This document shows positions 1 through 9,388 of a DNA stretch of 64,000 bases, one piece after another. This DNA is from a bacterium. GTDB taxonomy: Bacteria; Fidelibacterota; Fidelibacteria; Fidelibacterales; Fidelibacteraceae. Positions within the stretch are counted from its first letter, which is position 1; each line of letters opens with the position of its first letter. Location of the stretch: assembly GCA_963676395.1 (NCBI GenBank), contig OY781066.1:128001-192000 (forward strand), read 5' to 3'. The notes under the pieces were generated by a model, which worked only from the letters and a program-made list of their open reading frames with translations, did not search any database and was not told the DNA's origin. Position numbers and translations under genes: made by a program.

Positions 1-13
1 ATTTCCAATTATA

Positions 14-664
14 TTGGTCATACTTATTCTTGCTGTTATCTACTTTGTTCCAAATAATTCACTCAAGATCGAAGATATTGCATTTTGGAAAAACTGGAAT
101 AAAATCACCCTGTTTGAAAGAAAAGATAAAGATCAACAGTCTACTACTTCAAACGATTTAGATAAAGAGAAAGAAATTTCAGCCACTCTTAACAAAGATA
201 AGGATAAAGAAAGCGATAATAAGCTCAATAATATTTTCTTAAAGCTTAAAGAACGTGGTGAAAATACAGCTAAGCCCAAAGATGAAAATGAAAAACAAGT
301 TACAAACATTACCGAAGCCACACAAATTACTCAGGCTCCAGCTGATGAAAAAGTCTTAATCCACATTGTTCAACCCGGTAATACTTTATGGGGATTGTCA
401 GATCATTACTATAAACGCAGTAGCTTATGGCCTAATATATACAGAAAAAACATTGAAGTCCTCCCCACTCCGGACTTTTTACCTTTAGGAAGAGAACTGC
501 TTATTCCCGAATTAAACGGTGATTCATATGAACTCTCAAAAGCAGATTCTGCAAGAATAGCACAAGGCTATTACCTGGCTTATACGGCATATAAAAAATA
601 TGATGAAGCGAAGGCTAAAGGCTATTTGAATATGGCTAAGAAATTTGGGACAACCATTAAATAG
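14..664 (+). CDS. LysM peptidoglycan-binding domain membrane protein (probably 5'-truncated by the window edge)
   Basis: TM segment, low-complexity linker, LysM motif HIVQPGNTLWGLSDHYY..WPNIY; frame is open back to the window start. Confidence 0.8.
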   Translation: MVILILAVIYFVPNNSLKIEDIAFWKNWNKITLFERKDKDQQSTTSNDLDKEKEISATLNKDKDKESDNKLNNIFLKLKERGENTAKPKDENEKQVTNITEATQITQAPADEKVLIHIVQPGNTLWGLSDHYYKRSSLWPNIYRKNIEVLPTPDFLPLGRELLIPELNGDSYELSKADSARIAQGYYLAYTAYKKYDEAKAKGYLNMAKKFGTTIK

Positions 665-694
665 TTAATAATTGATAATTGGAAGTTAAGAATT
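660..694 (+). repeat. Degenerate heptamer tandem array
   Basis: AATAGTT AATAATT GATAATT GGAAGTT AAGAATT, overlapping the stop codon. Confidence 0.6.
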
Positions 695-695
695 T

Positions 696-723
696 GGCGC
701 AATTTATTGCGCCTTTTCCTTTT
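696..723 (+). terminator. Rho-independent terminator
   Basis: GGCGCAAT-tt-ATTGCGCC followed by TTTTCCTTTT. Confidence 0.75.
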
Positions 724-790
724 AGAAGAGAGAAAAAAACAGAAATAATTCCAATATATTAATATCATTTTGAATGATTAAAATTTATAC

Positions 791-822
791 TTGTTTATAC
801 TAACCTAATTTATTTATATTTG
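791..822 (+). promoter_or_regulatory. Putative promoter of tRNA-Pro
   Basis: TTGTTT-18 nt-TATATT(TG), about 27 nt upstream of the tRNA. Confidence 0.45.
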
Positions 823-847
823 CAGGCTTTTGATTAATATCAATGCT

Positions 848-921
848 CGGGGTGTAGCGCAGCTCGGTAGCGCGCTTCGTTCGGGACGAAGAGGCCGTAG
901 GTTCAAATCCTATCATCCCGA
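848..921 (+). tRNA. tRNA-Pro (anticodon CGG), CCA not encoded
   Basis: Cloverleaf: acceptor CGGGGTG/CATCCCG, D-arm GCGC..GCGC, anticodon stem CTTCG/CGAAG with loop TTCGGGA, T-arm GTAGG-TTCAAAT-CCTAT. Confidence 0.97.
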
Positions 922-925
922 CTTC

Positions 926-957
926 AAACAAAACCCATCGTACGATGGGTTTTGTTT
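926..957. terminator. Bidirectional terminator (32-bp perfect palindrome)
   Basis: AAACAAAACCCATCGT|ACGATGGGTTTTGTTT between the convergent tRNA and ORF. Confidence 0.8.
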
Positions 958-1459
958 ATATGGATTCCATACCGACTGCAATCATAAATACTATATATAC
1001 CACAGAAATACTAATAAGTGAATATTTAATATTTTTGATTTCAAAATAATACTTAAGCAAAAACGCTTCACTGATCGCCCAAAGTAAAAAGAACAAGGGC
1101 AAATAATCAATAATATCTATCAACTGATATGAGTTCCTAATAATTATCAATTCTACATTATAAAAAGTAATTGCAGTCGAAATTATTGTTAACAAAATAC
1201 CAATCATTAAACTGGCATCATTAAATTTTCTATCAATAATAATATGTAGAAAAGCTAATAAATATGATAAACTGGTTTCTAATAACAACAACACTGTTAA
1301 TCTAGTTATTATATTTGCACCAGAAAATAGCTTAAAGTTGATTAAATGGAATTCAGGAAAAAAAATAGTTGGAATTGCAATCAAAGCATTTATTAATGTT
1401 ACAATCGATGCAGTTAAATTTATTATTTTTTCTCCGTTCAAAATCTTACCACAATTCAA
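956..1459 (-). CDS. Hypothetical multi-pass membrane protein (very AT-rich; start uncertain)
   Basis: 167-aa ORF with about 5 hydrophobic segments; no recognisable motif. Confidence 0.55.
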   Translation of the reverse strand: MNCGKILNGEKIINLTASIVTLINALIAIPTIFFPEFHLINFKLFSGANIITRLTVLLLLETSLSYLLAFLHIIIDRKFNDASLMIGILLTIISTAITFYNVELIIIRNSYQLIDIIDYLPLFFLLWAISEAFLLKYYFEIKNIKYSLISISVVYIVFMIAVGMESI

Positions 1460-1551
1460 TATTAAGTTATTCTATAAATGAATTAATTTAGGCTTAAAGG
1501 TAAAACAAATTTTAATTAAAAAAAATAAATTTATTGTGCAGTAAATAGCTT

Positions 1552-2325
1552 TTATCCATCTATCATATCGGCGAGATCTGACATAGTATAAAAACTCATC
1601 TCATTCTCATTGGCATAATTACAGATCATATCTAAAGTATTAAAACTGACCTGACATATTCCGTTCACCGTATCAACAGGCCTGTGACCATACAGAATAA
1701 GTATTTTACCGTTTTCATGGGCATAGGTTAACAAATCCAATATATATTCATTGCTTGTCTCCTCAGATTCCGAATCGATATCAACACCATATATAATACG
1801 TGTATTATCAAAAAAACATTTTTGTTTATCCGGAGAAGATTTACTAAAACTTATCCCTCGTAATAAATCAAAATAATCCAGAAGGTTGTTATCTATATGT
1901 TTGTTACGGTATCCATATGGATATGCAAAGGTTCTGAGATCTATCAATTCATCTTCCATGGAATCTATCATAGGAGTTATTTCATCTTCAATATATTTTT
2001 CTATCCCATGGATTGCCGTGTACAATGTTGCATGTGTATGAATATAACCGTGACCGGCAATTTCATGTCCGGCATCCTTTAACTTATGCATTCTTTCAAT
2101 ATCCGATTCGCTTCTTGTCCCAATTAGGCAAACACAAAATGTGGCTTTCCATTCATATTGCTCCAACAGAGAATCGGCCTTAAGCCATTGGGTAAAATGA
2201 TGATCATCAAAAGTAATAACAATACCACCATTTGAGACTATATGATCTTCAGGATGAGTACATGATATTATAAATATTGCTATGATTATAATAGCCGGAA
2301 TAATTAATAATCGTTTCATTTTCAT
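1552..2325 (-). CDS. Polysaccharide deacetylase (CE4/NodB) lipoprotein
   Basis: ITFDD, HEIAGHGYIH, FAYPYG and ILYGH motifs; lipobox IIISC; start uncertain (2319-2343). Confidence 0.85.
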   Translation of the reverse strand: MKMKRLLIIPAIIIIAIFIISCTHPEDHIVSNGGIVITFDDHHFTQWLKADSLLEQYEWKATFCVCLIGTRSESDIERMHKLKDAGHEIAGHGYIHTHATLYTAIHGIEKYIEDEITPMIDSMEDELIDLRTFAYPYGYRNKHIDNNLLDYFDLLRGISFSKSSPDKQKCFFDNTRIIYGVDIDSESEETSNEYILDLLTYAHENGKILILYGHRPVDTVNGICQVSFNTLDMICNYANENEMSFYTMSDLADMIDG

Positions 2326-2332
2326 TGATAAT

Positions 2333-2953
2333 TCAATTCTCAAGTTTTATTGATATGCCAATCACATCCCACCCAAAACCCTTGCCTTGCAAATATCTAA
2401 TTGCCTTTGATCTTTCTTCTTTGCTTTCCAGTAATCTCTTTGATTTGAATTTCTTTTGGAAATGATACCGGCAATTCTCAAGTTGTTTTTCATGATCGTA
2501 ATTTGAAAGGATATCATTAATTATGTCAGTTGAGACACCCCGTTGAAATAGCTTCTCTTTCACTTTCATGGGACCCAATTGTTTTCGTTGGATCAATTCC
2601 TGAGAGAACAGCTCTGCAAAACGGGTATCATTTACATAATTCTTTTCCCGAAGATAATCTATTGCGGCTGCAATAGCGTCCTTCTGATAGCCTTTTTGAA
2701 ATAGTTTAGTGCGGAGTTCCCCCGAAGCATGATCACGCAGGGAAAGCAGCTCCAGGGCCTTTTCACGCGTAAAAGCGAAGTCGGCAGCTTTGCGTAATTC
2801 ATCTAAAGTCTCGTCATCCAATTCTATATTAGATGACAAAGAAAAATCAAGGATCAAATCGTCGGTGACGCTGATCCTTTCTTCGTTATCTAAAAACAAA
2901 TTAAACCTGTTTGAATGTCGTTTTTGCGCAGTGATCTTAAGAATGCGCGGCAT
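2333..2953 (-). CDS. recX: Recombination regulator RecX
   Basis: ALELLSLRDHASGELRTKL, YVNDTRFA, YLQGKGF; directly downstream of recA. Confidence 0.92.
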   Translation of the reverse strand: MPRILKITAQKRHSNRFNLFLDNEERISVTDDLILDFSLSSNIELDDETLDELRKAADFAFTREKALELLSLRDHASGELRTKLFQKGYQKDAIAAAIDYLREKNYVNDTRFAELFSQELIQRKQLGPMKVKEKLFQRGVSTDIINDILSNYDHEKQLENCRYHFQKKFKSKRLLESKEERSKAIRYLQGKGFGWDVIGISIKLEN

Positions 2954-2958
2954 AATAA

Positions 2959-3978
2959 TTATTCGCTTTCTTCGACCTGCTGATCTCCGATACCAAGAGC
3001 ATTCTTAACCTCTTTGGCAACTTTTTCAAGAACAGCCGGATTATCTTCAAGGAACTGTTTTGAGTTCTCTCTTCCCTGTCCGATCTTCTCTTTTTCATAA
3101 GAATACCAAGAACCCGATTTATCAACAATATTATAGGCAACCGCTAAATCAAGAACATCACCGGTATATGAAATACCTTTACCGTACATGATATCAAATT
3201 CTGTTTTCTTGAAGGGAGGTGCAACTTTGTTTTTTACAACTTTAACGGTGGTTCTATTTCCTGTAAAATCCGTACCGTCTTTAATTGCGGTGGATTTTCG
3301 GACTTCAAGCCTAACAGAAGTATAGAATTTTAGCGCACGTCCACCTGTAGTGGTTTCGGGATTTCCAAACATAACACCAATCTTTTCACGGATCTGATTA
3401 ATAAAAATAACCGCAACGCGTGATTTAGAAACTAAACCGGTTAGTTTTCTAAGAGCCTGGCTCATTAAACGAGCTTGCAAGCCCATATGTGAATCACCCA
3501 TATCTCCTTCGATCTCAGCTTTTGGTACCAGAGCGGCAACAGAATCGATAACAATAATATCAAGTGCATTTGAACGCACAAGCGTTTCCGTGATCTCCAA
3601 TGCCTGTTCACCAAAATCAGGTTGAGAAACGAGCAGTCTGTTCGTATCAATTCCCAAATTCTTGGCATAACCGATATCAAGAGCATGTTCAGCATCGATA
3701 AATGCTGCATTACCACCGACTTTTTGCGCTTCGGCGATACAATGAAGCGCCAATGTGGTTTTACCTGATGATTCGGGGCCATATATCTCGGAAATTCGGC
3801 CACGAGGAATCCCACCAATACCCAAAGCAGCATCTAACGAAAGTGAACCGGTAGAAATAGCATCAACCGATAAAGGTTTTGAATCGTCTCCCATATACAT
3901 AACGGAACCTTTTCCAAATTGTCTGTCAATTTGCGCAATTGCAACTTCTAAAGCTTTTATCTTATTGTCTTCAGCCAT
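2959..3978 (-). CDS. recA: Recombinase RecA
   Basis: [24 protein letters not shown] signature. Confidence 0.99.
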   Translation of the reverse strand: MAEDNKIKALEVAIAQIDRQFGKGSVMYMGDDSKPLSVDAISTGSLSLDAALGIGGIPRGRISEIYGPESSGKTTLALHCIAEAQKVGGNAAFIDAEHALDIGYAKNLGIDTNRLLVSQPDFGEQALEITETLVRSNALDIIVIDSVAALVPKAEIEGDMGDSHMGLQARLMSQALRKLTGLVSKSRVAVIFINQIREKIGVMFGNPETTTGGRALKFYTSVRLEVRKSTAIKDGTDFTGNRTTVKVVKNKVAPPFKKTEFDIMYGKGISYTGDVLDLAVAYNIVDKSGSWYSYEKEKIGQGRENSKQFLEDNPAVLEKVAKEVKNALGIGDQQVEESE

Positions 3979-4059
3979 TGAGTATCCTTTCTCAGTATTT
4001 TATTAACCCTAATTTAACACGATAACATGCGGTTTTGAAGTAAAATATTTCATTAAAGA

Positions 4060-4081
4060 AAAAGTGTGACCAATATCACAT
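4060..4081. promoter_or_regulatory. TGTGA-N6-TCACA palindrome upstream of recA (CRP/FNR-type box or weak terminator)
   Basis: AAAAG TGTGA CCAATA TCACA; near-copy at 63696-63720. Confidence 0.5.
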
Positions 4082-4124
4082 ATGAAATGCGTAAGGAATA
4101 GGATTTAAAGCGAATAAAAATACT

Positions 4125-4191
4125 GAATAATGATTTAAGATTTAAGAATGATAATAATATTTTTTTAATTTACAATATTCAATCTACAATT
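4125..4191. repeat. Inverted pair of degenerate heptamer arrays
   Basis: GAATAAT GATTTAA GATTTAA GAATGAT ... AATTTAC AATATTC AATCTAC AATT. Confidence 0.5.
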
Positions 4192-4192
4192 G

Positions 4193-4240
4193 AAAAGGGC
4201 TGAGATCCTGATATTAATTCAGAAAAACATCAGCCCTTTT
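4193..4240 (-). terminator. Terminator of the amino-sugar operon
   Basis: AAAAGGGCTGA ... TCAGCCCTTTT inverted repeat downstream of the ROK gene. Confidence 0.6.
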
Positions 4241-4279
4241 ATATCACAACCAGTAACTGGTTACAAGTTACAGGAATTA

Positions 4280-5236
4280 CTATTTTAGGTTTGCAACCGC
4301 CAATGAGGCAGAACCGACTAAACCGGCATCATTACCTAATTTGGCACGAACGACTTTAACAGCTGCAGCAGGAATGGTATATGCATGTTTAAGCATGCCC
4401 ATCCGGATAGGTTCCATTAAGAGTTCACCGGCATTAGAGATACCACCACCGATAACCACCATTTGAGGATTAAGGATGTTTACAAGGCTTGCAATGGCAT
4501 GACCAAGTATCTCACCTGTTTCTTTGAGAACTTCGATAGCCATCTTATCGCCTTCACCAGCGGCCATAGCAATGGCTTTAGGTGTGACTTTACCATCTTC
4601 CAAATATTTATCAATAATGGTATCCAAACCTTTGCTCATGTACATTTCCATGCGTTCAACAATACCATCTTTACCTACATAGCGTTCCAAACAGCCGTAG
4701 TTTCCGCATCCGCAGTATTTACCGTCACGTGCAATGCTCATATGACCGATCTCACCGGCTGTAAATGAAGTACCACGATACAATTCACCATTTAAGATAA
4801 TACCACCACCAACACCGGTTCCAACAGTCAAAGCGATAACATCTTTTAAACCTTTACCCGCACCAAAGTGAAATTCACCTAATGACATAGCATTCACATC
4901 ATTATCTAAAAAAGCCGGTTTGCCCAAATGCTTTGAAATACCGGGTGCTAAATATGTTTCATTCAAATTTGGCACATTGGTCACAATCTTCAGCTGGCCT
5001 GTTTCAGGATTCAATAAACCGGGTGAACCGATACCTACACCAAGAATATCTTCTTGAGGCAATTTAGAATCATCCATAACCTTTTGTGCACATTCGGCAA
5101 TATGCTTTACAATTTCATCACCGCTTTTGCTCGGATCGGTTACAAATGAATCCTTTAGAACGATCTTACCTTCTTCATCAATGATACCGACCTTTATACC
5201 GGTTCCACCGAAATCAATACCTACATAATACTTCAT
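4280..5236 (-). CDS. ROK family sugar kinase (glucokinase or amino-sugar kinase)
   Basis: GIDFGGT, DNDVN, GTGVGGG, AGEIGHM..CGCGNYGCLE Zn motif; no HTH. Confidence 0.93.
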   Translation of the reverse strand: MKYYVGIDFGGTGIKVGIIDEEGKIVLKDSFVTDPSKSGDEIVKHIAECAQKVMDDSKLPQEDILGVGIGSPGLLNPETGQLKIVTNVPNLNETYLAPGISKHLGKPAFLDNDVNAMSLGEFHFGAGKGLKDVIALTVGTGVGGGIILNGELYRGTSFTAGEIGHMSIARDGKYCGCGNYGCLERYVGKDGIVERMEMYMSKGLDTIIDKYLEDGKVTPKAIAMAAGEGDKMAIEVLKETGEILGHAIASLVNILNPQMVVIGGGISNAGELLMEPIRMGMLKHAYTIPAAAVKVVRAKLGNDAGLVGSASLAVANLK

Positions 5237-5302
5237 GTATCTTCCTTTGTGTTTGTTTTCATGCTTATATAACGTTTCCGATCAATCGGTTCAACCGAAA
5301 GG

Positions 5303-6319
5303 TTAACCTACAAATTCGTTACCAACTTTACGTGCACGTGTTGGATGATCCAAATCAACACCGCAAGCAATGCCAACTTCAACAAGAATATTCCAGCAAG
5401 CCTGTAGCTGTAAATAGGCATCATGGCAACCCATACTTGGGATCTTGATAGTGGGGAACATGGTATCATGATCTGAAATAGCGATCACTTTCATACCAAC
5501 ACCATCAACCAATACTTCTTTGAACTTTTCTTCTTCTTCTTTGTATGGATCTACCACGATCACAACTTCATTTTCGGTCATTACTTCTTCAATACCATGA
5601 ACGGCATATGTGCCTTCAAGATATCCGGACTTTTTACGAGTGATCTCATTGGTCTTTAGTGCTGCTTCTTCGGCAACACCAACATTACGACCGGCAAAGT
5701 AAATGACATCTGCTTTTGCAATAGTTGCGATCAATTCAGGATCAATTTCCATTTCAAGCACTTCTTTTGACTTGTCAGCCAGTTCTTCAACGGTTGCCGC
5801 ACATTTATCTGCCGCTGCGCCAATATATGTTTTCATTAATTGATGATAAAACAGTGCTTGCTCAATCACTGATTTTGTAGCAGCTACCGCATCTTCATTA
5901 CCACAATTCAATACAAATTCGTCATCGGAAATAGCTCCCAGAGGCGTTTCTTCGTGAGCAATCAAAGCAAATTTACCCTTCGATTCTTTCGTCTTAAATA
6001 GAGAAATAACTTCTTTTGTTTTACCTGAGTTTGAAGCCCCGAACACGGTAAATTCATCCAACTTTAATTCCGCAGCCTGACGTGAACCTTCGGTGTAAGC
6101 GGTGATATCAAAACCGTTCTTTTGAATTAAATTGATGGTATGTTTAGCAGGAAAGATTCTCGAAGAACCTTCACCTGTCATGAAAAGTTTTTTTGTTTCT
6201 TTCAATGAAGCAACGGCTTTTGAAAGGTCTTTGGTTTTAAAATTGCGAACAACGTCTACAGTTTCAAGCATTTCTTTACATAGCGCAAATTGAGCATATT
6301 TTTGTTCTGATAATTTCAT
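5303..6319 (-). CDS. Double-SIS sugar-phosphate isomerase/deaminase (GlmS C-terminal-like; putative GlcN-6-P deaminase)
   Basis: GEGSS, SNSGKTKE, AVAATKS, EAALKTNE, HG and C-terminal DHPTRARKV parallel the GlmS isomerase module; no GATase-II domain. Confidence 0.82.
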   Translation of the reverse strand: MKLSEQKYAQFALCKEMLETVDVVRNFKTKDLSKAVASLKETKKLFMTGEGSSRIFPAKHTINLIQKNGFDITAYTEGSRQAAELKLDEFTVFGASNSGKTKEVISLFKTKESKGKFALIAHEETPLGAISDDEFVLNCGNEDAVAATKSVIEQALFYHQLMKTYIGAAADKCAATVEELADKSKEVLEMEIDPELIATIAKADVIYFAGRNVGVAEEAALKTNEITRKKSGYLEGTYAVHGIEEVMTENEVVIVVDPYKEEEEKFKEVLVDGVGMKVIAISDHDTMFPTIKIPSMGCHDAYLQLQACWNILVEVGIACGVDLDHPTRARKVGNEFVG

Positions 6320-6333
6320 TCTATTTTCCTTAC

Positions 6334-7536
6334 TTATTTCTTTTCGACTTTTTTTAATACTTCAAGATCAGCATACTCCGGTTTTTTGCCTAATAAAGGA
6401 CAAATATAATCTTTAAATGCCGGTGTCATATTCATACCATTTTCTGCGATATATTCATCTGGAATGGGTTTTTGTTTTCCGCCTACATCGCATAGAGGAA
6501 CTTTACCGATACTTGTTTTATATTCGACTCCGGACTGACGCTTGATCACGGTCATGTAACCCGTTTCGCCTCCGGCAGCTAATTTAACAGCCGCTTCACC
6601 CAACTCGAATGCTTCTTTTCTGTCCACATCAACCACACGATCATCAGCACACATAGGTAAGGATTCTGTTACCTGAAATTCACCGCGCATATCAGGAAAA
6701 TGTTTTGAAATGATCTTATGGATTTCCATTCCAACCGACACACCGCCCATAGCACCAAATTCGCGATTTCCAAATTCATCTTTAATTTTGGTTGCAGACA
6801 CGGCATTACCATCTTCATCGGTAACACCTTCTCCACAAATAATTGAAACAAAGCCGTATTTATCATAACATTCTTTAAAAAATTCTACAAATTTATCTTC
6901 ATTGAAAGAACGCTCGGGCATCAAAACAATATGAGGTGGGTCTGATTCTTTTTCTTTAAAACCATAAGGTGAAGCTGCTAACCAACCGGCTGAACGACCA
7001 ATGGTCTGATATATTACAAACTGATCGACTTTTTGCATATCCTGAGTCAAGCGACCACCCTGAAATACCGATAAAGCCGTATAACGTGCCGCTGAAGGAA
7101 AACCGGGTGTGTGATCGGTGAGAGGAAGATCATTATCCACCGTTTTGGGGCAACCCATACCGCCCAATTCATAACCTTGTTCACGACAATATTTTTCAAC
7201 TTCATATACATTCAATTGTGTATCATCACCACCAATCCCAAAGAAATAACGAATATTATATTTTTTAAACACTTCAAGAACACGAGGCATATTCTCTGAT
7301 TTCAGCTTTATGCGAGAAGATCCAAGTGCAGAACCGGGAGTTTTCTGCAATAGCTCTACAGGCGCATCACTCAGATCAATAAAATCTTCTTCTAGAAGCC
7401 CTTTCATACCGAAATGACAACCCCATACTTGTTCAACGTTTTCCTCTTTGAGGCATTGTGAAATAATACCGGCCAGACTGGAATTAATCACCGAAGTGGG
7501 TCCACCGGTTTGCGCTACAACTGCGATTCCTTTCAT
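6334..7536 (-). CDS. pfp: Phosphofructokinase family, PPi-dependent type
   Basis: QTGGPTSVINS, GIGGDDT (GGDD) and PKTVDND are the PPi-specific signature; AGGAG RBS before 7536. Confidence 0.85.
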   Translation of the reverse strand: MKGIAVVAQTGGPTSVINSSLAGIISQCLKEENVEQVWGCHFGMKGLLEEDFIDLSDAPVELLQKTPGSALGSSRIKLKSENMPRVLEVFKKYNIRYFFGIGGDDTQLNVYEVEKYCREQGYELGGMGCPKTVDNDLPLTDHTPGFPSAARYTALSVFQGGRLTQDMQKVDQFVIYQTIGRSAGWLAASPYGFKEKESDPPHIVLMPERSFNEDKFVEFFKECYDKYGFVSIICGEGVTDEDGNAVSATKIKDEFGNREFGAMGGVSVGMEIHKIISKHFPDMRGEFQVTESLPMCADDRVVDVDRKEAFELGEAAVKLAAGGETGYMTVIKRQSGVEYKTSIGKVPLCDVGGKQKPIPDEYIAENGMNMTPAFKDYICPLLGKKPEYADLEVLKKVEKK

Positions 7537-7655
7537 ATATGTTTGCTCCTTATACTTAGACATGATGACCTTTTGATAAGACCACAGAATTTATTTTACT
7601 TTGACAGGATCAAAGGATAAACATGATATTCTTTCCTGTCCTTCATATTTTAAAT

Positions 7656-7681
7656 GTACAAACAGATAGGTCTGTCTATAC
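7656..7681. repeat. Degenerate GTA..TAC REP-like palindrome
   Basis: GTACAAACAGATAGGTCTGTCTATAC. Confidence 0.4.
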
Positions 7682-7693
7682 AATCAAATTATA

Positions 7694-8521
7694 TCACAAC
7701 ATCGATTTCAACAAATTCGCTACAAATTTATAGTATTGGTCACCGACTTCGATAAATCCATCACCAAACTCAACATGCTTGCGTTCATGCCCCCAGTCGA
7801 CAAAACCACCGACCCAGTGCGGGGCCAAATCAAAGGCTAAAGCAGCTGTTTTACCTTTACCTGCTTGTCCGTAAACCAATAAAGGGATTTTTTCATGATC
7901 CATTTTTGCTTGAGTCGCACCCTTATCCACCGAAAGAATAACTTTTTGTCCGCATAAGACCAATTGTGCGTTTTCTTTTGGAATAAACTCATTATATCCA
8001 CCGATAACACCGGGTCTTTCCCATTCCAGGTCATTGCAAACGGGGTGAAATTTTTCACACGGAATCACGGCAATGCCCTGATCATAATTTCGACGATCAT
8101 CTTTAATGGAGATCATCACAGGCAATATATCTTCTATAGGTGAATTTTTATATTCAATATTGAGACCGGTAAAAGATTCCCAGCCACCGATCATCAGCAG
8201 TGCACCACCATATTTAATATAGTCTGCTATCTCCTGCAATCGATCGTCACCGATCTGTTCTCGGGGATAATCTGACAAAATAATCAGATCATAGTCCTGA
8301 ATTTTAATATTTTCGGGGAAAGTAAGAGGCGATGGAATATAATCAAAATCATAGCCTTCTTCGTGGATAATGCTTCCAAGATAAATTGCGGCTAAATCTA
8401 AGTCATCATCACCGCAAAACAGGATCTTTTTATCAGATCCTTGAATATATTTTCTTAATTCGAGGGGATTCAATGTTTCTCCAAAGAAGATGTCTGCCTT
8501 CGCCAAGGCTAAGACAGACAT
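7694..8521 (-). CDS. Class I glutamine amidotransferase-like protein (DUF1355/GATase1_like)
   Basis: YDLIILSDY, GGALLMIGGWESF, PIEDILPV, PLLVYGQAGKGK..A..DLAPHW. Confidence 0.8.
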   Translation of the reverse strand: MSVLALAKADIFFGETLNPLELRKYIQGSDKKILFCGDDDLDLAAIYLGSIIHEEGYDFDYIPSPLTFPENIKIQDYDLIILSDYPREQIGDDRLQEIADYIKYGGALLMIGGWESFTGLNIEYKNSPIEDILPVMISIKDDRRNYDQGIAVIPCEKFHPVCNDLEWERPGVIGGYNEFIPKENAQLVLCGQKVILSVDKGATQAKMDHEKIPLLVYGQAGKGKTAALAFDLAPHWVGGFVDWGHERKHVEFGDGFIEVGDQYYKFVANLLKSML

Positions 8522-8536
8522 CTTTACCTAATAGTC

Positions 8537-9334
8537 TTAGAATAGATCCTTATAATTGTTCACCGAATAAAATCTAAATTCGATTTCGCGGAGATACTCA
8601 AAAGGACCACCCTCTTTTACGTTCTCAACAAGAGATGCAATCTGTTCCTGAGATTTATATGCGAGAATAGCATCCAGTTTTTTCTGGAATATATCTTCAT
8701 CGGCTTCGATCTTTAGGTTTGGTGCGTCTGCAAAGTCACAGTATACACCAAATTCATAAGCCATGGGAGGTTCGTGAGGTCCACCTAATTCCGGCCAGAT
8801 ATTACCACCGGCATGGAACATTGAAATAATTACTTCCTGATAGACGATCTTATGATCCGGATGAAGATCTTCACCTGTTGGTAAGAAAATACGTGTAGGT
8901 TTAACTTTACGTAAATAATATGTAAAAGCGTTCTGCAGCCCTGTGTAACCTTCAATAGCAGGATCACCGGGGTTAGCTGCGCGTCGGCCTACATAAGATG
9001 TCGTATCACAATCAGGGAAATCGGCAAAGAAAATATGATCGTCATCAAGACCCATGATCTTGAAAGAATCCACTGTTTCTTTTTGACGGACCTTACCGAT
9101 AGTTTTTTCCTGTTCCATATGACAATAGCCCATACCGCCGTCGGTCGTAACAAGGGCGTAGACGTCTACACCGGCTTCAATGGCTGAACGCATTGTTATA
9201 CCCGAACCCAATACGATATCATCATCGTGCGGTCCAATAAACAACCAGGTTTCTTTCTCTTTCCAATCAGGGAATAAACCTTTTAGTTCATCGGTGGTTT
9301 TCACGTCTTTTCCTGTGCGGCGCAAAAATTTCAT
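8537..9334 (-). CDS. PIG-L/LmbE family N-acetyl-sugar deacetylase
   Basis: FIGPHDDDIVLG and DLHPDH metal motifs, KLDAILAYKSQ; AGGAG RBS before 9334. Confidence 0.9.
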   Translation of the reverse strand: MKFLRRTGKDVKTTDELKGLFPDWKEKETWLFIGPHDDDIVLGSGITMRSAIEAGVDVYALVTTDGGMGYCHMEQEKTIGKVRQKETVDSFKIMGLDDDHIFFADFPDCDTTSYVGRRAANPGDPAIEGYTGLQNAFTYYLRKVKPTRIFLPTGEDLHPDHKIVYQEVIISMFHAGGNIWPELGGPHEPPMAYEFGVYCDFADAPNLKIEADEDIFQKKLDAILAYKSQEQIASLVENVKEGGPFEYLREIEFRFYSVNNYKDLF

Positions 9335-9374
9335 GCTCGCTCCTTTTCGTTTTATGTTTGTCCAAAACTGCTTA

Positions 9375-9388
9375 GTAAAGAGGTTTAC
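9375..9388. promoter_or_regulatory. Possible LacI-family-like operator upstream of the amino-sugar operon
   Basis: GTAAA-GAGG-TTTAC palindrome about 40 nt upstream of the start. Confidence 0.35.

Noticed and set aside
830..1021. 63-aa ORF
   Set aside because: It overlaps tRNA-Pro and its terminator; spurious translation.
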